Shown piece by piece: positions 32,038 through 37,451 of a stretch of 37,451 bases of DNA (positions are counted from its first letter, which is position 1; each line of letters opens with the position of its first letter). The stretch lies in IMG/VR virus record IMGVR_UViG_3300010218_000026; one strand, 5' to 3'. Under the pieces are notes generated by a model. That model ran no database searches, was not told the origin of the DNA, and saw nothing but the letters and a program-made list of their open reading frames with translations. Made by a program: the position numbers and the translations under genes. The stretch comes from a virus.

Positions 32038-32615
32038 CGCGAAGTCCGAATGTCGATGACCATAGAAACGCGGTCGTCCGAACTGTTGTTGATGACCTCG
32101 TGAACCTGGCTGTTGTCGAACCAGAAGCATTCGCCAGTGATCATGTTGATCTGCTCGTCACCAGCCTTCAGCACAGCGCCGGGAAGTCCATGCAGCACGA
32201 TATGGAAGCGCGTGTAATAGCTCGTCTGCTCGGGCGTGTCCGGGTGCGGAAAGATGCGGCCGCCGGGACAAATCTTGTTGATCATCACGCGGCCAAGACG
32301 CTCACCGCCGACGCGCGCCATCAGATTCATGACGAGCGTCCGCGCTTCATGCAGGACCTTGTACGCGGGATAGTCGATCGCCTCGTACTGGTCGTATCCG
32401 GCCAACTGGTTCTGTTTGTACAGTTCGATCTGTTCTTCCGTCAGCCCTTCGACCTTCTCCGGGAAGCGCAGCATGATCGTCTCTGTTTCGCCGAACGGAC
32501 CTTGCGGGTAGTGGCGAAGAAAAGTGTCCTCTTTCCAGAGATCGGGACGACGGCGGATAGCCAGCATCAGCGGATTGACATCAACGCCGTTTGCGAGGAA
32601 GTGGAAGTTTTTCAT
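32034..32615 (-). CDS. Aspartyl/asparaginyl beta-hydroxylase-like Fe(II)/2OG dioxygenase (cupin, 193 aa)
   Basis: PGGRIFPHPD (H-x-D), RFHIVL, and FWFDNSQVHEVINNS..RVSMVID (distal His) follow the order typical of the Asp_Arg_Hydrox family. The ATG abuts the upstream TAA. Confidence 0.65.
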   Translation of the reverse strand: MKNFHFLANGVDVNPLMLAIRRRPDLWKEDTFLRHYPQGPFGETETIMLRFPEKVEGLTEEQIELYKQNQLAGYDQYEAIDYPAYKVLHEARTLVMNLMARVGGERLGRVMINKICPGGRIFPHPDTPEQTSYYTRFHIVLHGLPGAVLKAGDEQINMITGECFWFDNSQVHEVINNSSDDRVSMVIDIRTSR

Positions 32616-32948
32616 TTAGCTCGGCACGTATTCAATGCCGCTGACGTTCAGCGTGCAGGCGAGGCCATCGGCGAAAATCTGCGTGCTGGGCTCGAGCTTG
32701 TGATTGATGACTTCGGGAATCGAGACCGTCACGCCGGCGCCGACAACCTTGCTGCCGATCTTCGTCGGCGAGCCCGCTGTGCCGCCGTTCGGCACCTTGT
32801 AGATATTGACCGTCACCGGCGATCCAGTGGGATTCGACACGCTCACCGCGTGGACAGCGCCATAGGTCGATGTTGGCGTCGTGTAGTAGGCGACAGCAGA
32901 GCCCGTCAGGGTCTGCCCTGCCACCATTTCCCGATATTTCGTCGTCAT
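32616..32948 (-). CDS. Hypothetical small beta-rich protein (110 aa)
   Basis: GAGG SD upstream. ORF-track ORF. Confidence 0.6.
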   Translation of the reverse strand: MTTKYREMVAGQTLTGSAVAYYTTPTSTYGAVHAVSVSNPTGSPVTVNIYKVPNGGTAGSPTKIGSKVVGAGVTVSIPEVINHKLEPSTQIFADGLACTLNVSGIEYVPS

Positions 32949-32951
32949 GCT

Positions 32952-33458
32952 TTAGCCTCGCGCATAGACTTTTGACACGCCGACCGGAATGGCCGAAGTG
33001 AAGGTGATCGTGTTTCCCGATATGCTGTACTGGTCCGTGGCCTGGAACGACGCATCGAAGTGCACGAGAACTGAAGCCTTCGACGCGTAGACCTTTGAAA
33101 GCGTCAGCGCTGTCGTAGTGCCGGGCGTGAAGTTCGTTCCGGCGGTAAAAATGTCCTCGACCGGATCGGATGCAAAGGCAGGTATCGCCACAGCCTCCGG
33201 AGGAAAGTCAAATGCTGCTGGTTGCCAAGCAACCGGTGCAGGCGCGTCTTCAGCGGGCGCGAACAGCGGATAGATGGCCTGAGCGTCGATCAGTGGCGAG
33301 TAATCGATCTGCGTGCTGGGTGTAGGAGTACCACCGCCGCCTGAACGCTGGAACAGCGCAAGCAGGAACGCCCACCATACCGGGCTGATTGGCTCGGGTC
33401 GACCGACGAGAAACGACGCGCTCGGCTGCGGGATATTCGCGTTGGTCGCCTCGGTCAC
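32952..33458 (-). CDS. Tail-associated protein (168 aa) sharing a C-terminal domain with the tailspike
   Basis: The GTG start overlaps the gp10-like stop (GTGA). The C-terminal 65 aa (GTNFTPGTTTALTL...SISGNTITFTSAIPVGV) are paralogous to tailspike residues of about 95-165. Confidence 0.6.
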   Translation of the reverse strand: MTEATNANIPQPSASFLVGRPEPISPVWWAFLLALFQRSGGGGTPTPSTQIDYSPLIDAQAIYPLFAPAEDAPAPVAWQPAAFDFPPEAVAIPAFASDPVEDIFTAGTNFTPGTTTALTLSKVYASKASVLVHFDASFQATDQYSISGNTITFTSAIPVGVSKVYARG

Positions 33459-34879
33459 GTGCGCGCCCTCGACACGTCAACCCATGCGCCATTCAATGCA
33501 GTTTTCACCGGCGCCGACCACGACAGTTCGAACACGCGGTCACGCGCATAGCCGAGCCGCTGATACTGGATCGATGTCAGATAAGCACCAACCTTCCCGA
33601 GCGATCCCTGAATGTAATTCCCCCAACTGCGCCCGCGGTCATCGCTCCAGCGAAGTCTGATTTCCGGCTCTGCTGAGTCATCGGGTAGCCCATTGCCGAC
33701 TTCCATATCCGCGATGAACTGGCGGAACATGACGCGGTTTCCGTCGCCACCCAGGATATGCGGGAAGGCGCGGATATACTCCATCGTCACGCCGTTATCG
33801 GTGTAGGCGTTCTGGTCAAGGGCATAGACCGCGCCCGTTTCCCAATCGCCGACCAGATTGCGGCCGTTGTTGAATGAATGGCAGTTCATCCGGTGCCGGC
33901 TCAGTGTGCCATCGTCTTCCAGATAGGCTCGCTGATGCCATTGCTGCGTCACGACGTCAAAGCACCAAGTGGCATTCGCAGTCGGGAACGTCAGCACATA
34001 GAAGGCGTGGCCGCCCTGCTGATACGAAAATCCTATCGCGTCATCCACGCGCGAATACTTGGAAAATTCCTGCTCGATCGAATGCGTTGAGATGCGCTCG
34101 GCCATGTAATTGCGGCCGGCGAAAACGACGTTCTGACCTTGCAGGTCTTTCCCGAGCCAGAATAGCGCCAGATCGATCTTCGCGACCGAGTGTTTCGCCG
34201 CGCACCCGTGCTCGATGAACACGCCAGGCATGCGGCCAAACGTAAAATCCGTCGCGCCGGTGTTGTACCAGACCTCGGTCGTCAGTTCGCCGAACAGCCA
34301 GATTTCACGGTGCATCACGGCGAGCGTGACCAGGTTGTCGGAATAGGTCGATTTCGACGCGATGTCGAGCGGATCGAACGCCACGCTTCCGAACAGCGAG
34401 ATAAAGAACTGCGTAGTCCCTGGCCGATTGAACAGGAAATAGCCGTCAACCAGATCGACCTTATCCGCGCCGTAGAACGCCGGGTCGGAACACAGCGTCA
34501 TCACATTCGATGACAGGTTTATCGTGAACCCTGCCGCAGTGCCGTCAACGATGAACACATCGGTTCCGTTGTCCACCATCGATACCGGACCAGAACGCGA
34601 CGCCAGAACGCCCATGAGCGTGTAGACGTTCGTCGAACTGACCGAATACACGTTCTGCCCGACTGCCTCGTAACGGTTGCCATTGCTCGCCGTGTAGATG
34701 CAGCGGCTTTCGCCTGCGTCGGGCGGGGTCGATACCAGCGTCAGGCCCGGCGTCGGGTAGTAGGTGAACGGACACGGTGCGTCTTGAGGATTCGCCTCTG
34801 CGTACAGGTTCACGCAGCGCTGAGCCTCGGCAATAACGCTGCGCGTCTGGTATGCGCCGGTTGTGAGCGGGACTCGCAT
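33455..34879 (-). CDS. Tail hub protein, P22 gp10-like (474 aa)
   Basis: Size, position after the gp4-like gene, and beta-propeller-like blocks (EIWLFGELTTEVWYNTG, HAFYVLTFP, VFELSW) resemble P22 gp10 as I recall it. Confidence 0.6.
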   Translation of the reverse strand: MRVPLTTGAYQTRSVIAEAQRCVNLYAEANPQDAPCPFTYYPTPGLTLVSTPPDAGESRCIYTASNGNRYEAVGQNVYSVSSTNVYTLMGVLASRSGPVSMVDNGTDVFIVDGTAAGFTINLSSNVMTLCSDPAFYGADKVDLVDGYFLFNRPGTTQFFISLFGSVAFDPLDIASKSTYSDNLVTLAVMHREIWLFGELTTEVWYNTGATDFTFGRMPGVFIEHGCAAKHSVAKIDLALFWLGKDLQGQNVVFAGRNYMAERISTHSIEQEFSKYSRVDDAIGFSYQQGGHAFYVLTFPTANATWCFDVVTQQWHQRAYLEDDGTLSRHRMNCHSFNNGRNLVGDWETGAVYALDQNAYTDNGVTMEYIRAFPHILGGDGNRVMFRQFIADMEVGNGLPDDSAEPEIRLRWSDDRGRSWGNYIQGSLGKVGAYLTSIQYQRLGYARDRVFELSWSAPVKTALNGAWVDVSRART

Positions 34880-35598
34880 CAGTTGCTCGAGTTGTCGCTG
34901 TAGATGTTGTAGCGCGATTTCGTCATCAGTCCGCGCGGCATCGTCAAAGACGGAATCTGCGTGTTCATGCGCTTGATCACCCGCTTCGCGTTCATCGCGA
35001 GCCGCACCAGCGAGGGCGGCGGCTCAAGCTGATAGGACGGGCACAGGTAGATCCCGAGGTTGTAGCGCAGCGCGGCGAGATACGGCGGCGGCAGATTGAT
35101 GACAGTGGCAGCCGTGGGAAGCTGCGGCAGCGTCTCCATCGTCACGATGTGCAGCTCGTAGCTGCTGTTCGGCACCGGATAGAGGAACAGGTTGCCTAGC
35201 GGAAATGCCGAGTCATAGAACGCATACTCGGGGAACGACGACAGCGTTTTGAGGCTGATGCGCGAATAGTCCTCGCGCGCGTCGATCATCGTGATTCGGT
35301 AATCGACAGCACTTCCCGCGCCGCTGCTTTGCAGGCGAGCGTATGCCGCGTTGATCTTGACCGGGCGCGTGACATTGAAGTCGCCACCGAGACCGACCGT
35401 GTAGGAAACTGACCCGTTCGCCTGATGCGCGGTATCGACCAGGTGATAGACGCTCAACCGCTCCGCATCCCACTGGCCGAGCATCATGTTCAGCGTCGCG
35501 AGCGCGTCGGCCGTATCTTCGGCCGAAATGGCCTGCCCGATGCCGACCGCGCCGATATCCTTCAGCGCCATCATGAACAGATCAGTTCCGGTCGTCAC
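34879..35598 (-). CDS. Head-to-tail adaptor, P22 gp4-like (239 aa)
   Basis: DLFMMALKDIGAVGIGQAISAEDTADALATLNMMLGQW parallels P22 gp4 DLVRAALRKLGV...DAVDDLEAMMAEW. GTG start with a GTGA overlap. Confidence 0.6.
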   Translation of the reverse strand: MTTGTDLFMMALKDIGAVGIGQAISAEDTADALATLNMMLGQWDAERLSVYHLVDTAHQANGSVSYTVGLGGDFNVTRPVKINAAYARLQSSGAGSAVDYRITMIDAREDYSRISLKTLSSFPEYAFYDSAFPLGNLFLYPVPNSSYELHIVTMETLPQLPTAATVINLPPPYLAALRYNLGIYLCPSYQLEPPPSLVRLAMNAKRVIKRMNTQIPSLTMPRGLMTKSRYNIYSDNSSN

Positions 35599-35927
35599 AC
35601 TGCCTCCAGCGCCGTGCGGATCTTGTCAGCCGACCAGCGCTTGTCGATCTTCACGCCCTTTTCCTCGGCGATCTGGATCAGTGCCGCACGTTCGTCGGTC
35701 TGCTCGGGTTCAAGCGCGGCCTCTTCTTCACCGCTGTTCACGAGCTTGCCGCCGACCCACTTCGGGTAGTGCTGGAACGTTTCGGAATCGACATGCACTT
35801 TCGGCGGTACATGCTTGTAGTCCGACCAGCCTTCACCGAGCGCTTCGAGTTCCTCGCGTGAATGCACAAGGCGTTCTTCCTCGCCTTTGCGCGTCCACTT
35901 CGGGAACTCCTGATATTCGTAGGGCAT
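35595..35927 (-). CDS. Hypothetical protein (110 aa) with two (F/Y)PKW motifs and a C-terminal HeH/SAP-like helix pair
   Basis: Start trimmed to the ATG at 35927 (GGAG 6 nt upstream). The longer ORF-track version would overlap the coat gene by 70 nt. Confidence 0.6.
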   Translation of the reverse strand: MPYEYQEFPKWTRKGEEERLVHSREELEALGEGWSDYKHVPPKVHVDSETFQHYPKWVGGKLVNSGEEEAALEPEQTDERAALIQIAEEKGVKIDKRWSADKIRTALEAV

Positions 35928-35947
35928 GAGCCACTCCAGAAGGATGC

Positions 35948-35982
35948 AGGGGCCGCACGTTATTCCGAACATGACGGCCCCT
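35948..35982 (-). promoter_or_regulatory. GC-rich hairpin just downstream of the coat gene (attenuator or mRNA stabiliser candidate)
   Basis: aggggccg-(19 nt loop)-cggcccct, an 8-bp stem with no T run. Confidence 0.35.
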
Positions 35983-35989
35983 TGTTCAA

Positions 35990-37192
35990 TCAGCCGGCGA
36001 TACGGCAGGCGAGTTCCTGATAAATCGGACGCCATCCGTACAAAACGTCGATACGGCAAGGGAACGTGTCCGTGCCAATCGCGTACTGACGCACGATCCG
36101 CATGGAGATGCCCTTGTGATTGCGGCGGCCGGCGAAGTCCACGCCTTCCGGCATTTGCAGGTCAGCCGTGGCGAGCGTGAAGGCGTTCTTGTGGTACGCC
36201 AGGTTCACGGTGTACTGCGTGCCCGCGGCAACGTCCCACGTGACGACAGCAGCGTTCGCCGGGCCGGCCGAGACCGTCTGGTACTGCTGGTTCGACGCGG
36301 CCGTGTTGATCGCCGGGAAGATCGAGAGCGTTGCATTGCCCGAGCCGTCAGCCGTCGCCGCAGCCGTCACGGTGAACTGACGCAGCACGCGCGTGGACTG
36401 ACGCGATTGCGGGTTCACTGCGAAGACGCCAGCGATGGTGAACGTGTCGCCCGCGGCAACCGTGCCAGCAGCGCCGAGGCCGGTCACGAGCAGCGTGCTA
36501 CCCGTTTGACCTGCGCCCGAGACCGTGCCGTTGGTGCGCGTGCCTGCGGTCGCCTGACGAATGTTCTGGTCCATGCCGATGTCGAAGCCCAGCGCCGGAA
36601 CGAAGATGCCGCTTTCGTACTGGTCACTGATTGGGCGCGGCGCGTTGAAGAGACCTGCGGCAGCCTTGACCATCGAGCCGTTTGCAGCCGGGTCCCACAC
36701 GACCGTACGCTGACCGTCGCGCGGCGTGGCTTCCTGATCGAGGCGCGTGCCGGCAGCGAGCAGCGTCGCGATGTCGTTCGGCGTGGTGCCTGCGGTGCCG
36801 ACCTGGTTCGCGACCGACGTGTACAGACCGAGGCCGTCGAAGTCGATCTTGTTCGCGATGGTCGCCATTGCCGGTTTCAGGTAGCGATCGGCGAAGTCGT
36901 CGATGTTCAGCGTGAGTTCCTGCGACGAGAACGTGAAGTCAACGTGGAACTGCGTGTCGAGCGTGACCGGCACGACGGTTTCCACCACGTTTTCGATCGC
37001 GAGCGCGGGGCCAGTCGTACCGACGAAACGCACCGGCTTGCGCACGTTCACGGTCGAGCCGACCTTTGCGCCCTTGACGGCAAACTCGTCGCTGTATTCC
37101 TTGTTGACCCGGCCCGAGAAGGCCAGGTTGTTTTCAAGGATCATCAACGACTTGTCGAGGATCTTGCTGGTATTGAGAAGGGTATTAGCCAT
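35990..37192 (-). CDS. Major capsid protein (P22 coat gp5-like)
   Basis: 400 aa. The N-terminus MANTLLNTSKILDKSLMILENNLAFSGRVNKEY is typical of the P22-coat family. It follows the scaffold gene with a GAGG SD. Confidence 0.85.
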   Translation of the reverse strand: MANTLLNTSKILDKSLMILENNLAFSGRVNKEYSDEFAVKGAKVGSTVNVRKPVRFVGTTGPALAIENVVETVVPVTLDTQFHVDFTFSSQELTLNIDDFADRYLKPAMATIANKIDFDGLGLYTSVANQVGTAGTTPNDIATLLAAGTRLDQEATPRDGQRTVVWDPAANGSMVKAAAGLFNAPRPISDQYESGIFVPALGFDIGMDQNIRQATAGTRTNGTVSGAGQTGSTLLVTGLGAAGTVAAGDTFTIAGVFAVNPQSRQSTRVLRQFTVTAAATADGSGNATLSIFPAINTAASNQQYQTVSAGPANAAVVTWDVAAGTQYTVNLAYHKNAFTLATADLQMPEGVDFAGRRNHKGISMRIVRQYAIGTDTFPCRIDVLYGWRPIYQELACRIAG

Positions 37193-37201
37193 TTTTCAGC
37201 C

Positions 37202-37451
37202 TCATTTGGAGCCGTGTTTCTTCCACCACGCGATCTGCTCTGCGGCCGAGGCGAATTCCTCAGGCTCGACAGGCGACGACCGTCCGCCGATCGGGTTGAT
37301 CGGTGCGGGGGCGTTGGAAACGGGTTTGGGTTTCGCCTGACCGACCGTCGTCTCGAGACGGGCCAGTTCAAGCGCCATGCGCAACGGAGGAAGGGACAGC
37401 AAGCGTTCAGCGACTTCCGGGTTCTGGCCGAGGTGATGAAGCACCTTGTGG
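37202..37451 (-). CDS. Scaffolding-like protein, 3' part (same gene as 1..528 via the circular junction)
   Basis: The frame is open to the window end, and the last 55 nt duplicate 1..55. The C-terminus is ...EEFASAAEQIAWWKKHGSK. Confidence 0.7.
   Translation of the reverse strand, partial: HKVLHHLGQNPEVAERLLSLPPLRMALELARLETTVGQAKPKPVSNAPAPINPIGGRSSPVEPEEFASAAEQIAWWKKHGSK
37397..37451. repeat. Terminal direct repeat, copy 2 (identical to 1..55)
   Basis: Exact 55-nt identity with the window start. Confidence 0.95.

Overview
The window appears to be one complete, circularly permuted genome of a GC-rich temperate phage. The first and last 55 nt are identical, giving a unique length of 37,396 bp, and the scaffolding gene is split across the window ends. 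Organisation is lambdoid. (1) A minus-strand late operon runs from 5405 down through the junction to 22328. It carries two small ORFs, small and large terminase, a P22-like portal, a 102-aa ORF, scaffold, P22-type coat, gp4-like and gp10-like tail proteins, and an enzyme pair (Asp/Asn beta-hydroxylase-like cupin plus GNAT). These are followed by three low-complexity ejection proteins (one with a glucosaminidase domain), a beta-helix tailspike, a lysis cassette and a Sec-signal fibre-like protein. (2) A minus-strand early-right operon (11311 to 5643) carries cro-like and CII-like regulators, a replisome organiser with an internal ori-like iteron cluster, wHTH, Ref-type HNH and VRR-NUC genes, a lipoprotein, an HNH-AP2 homing endonuclease and a candidate late regulator. 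(3) On the plus strand there is a CI-like repressor without a peptidase domain. An early-left operon follows (12193 to 20763) with many ATGA-coupled micro-ORFs, Erf, YqaJ exonuclease, NinB, ASCH/DUF3850, Ea22-like and DUF551 proteins, xis and int. (4) Downstream of int lie an attP-like AT-rich region with TTTTGAAC arm repeats and an acyltransferase-3 conversion operon. All functional calls rest on motif recognition by eye, gene order and translational coupling; no searches were run. No rRNA, CRISPR array, transposase or reverse transcriptase was seen. The most unusual items are the enzyme pair inside the tail/ejection module, the secreted fibre-like protein at the end of the lysis cassette, a tRNA-like element inside the head operon, and chains of tiny membrane-peptide ORFs.
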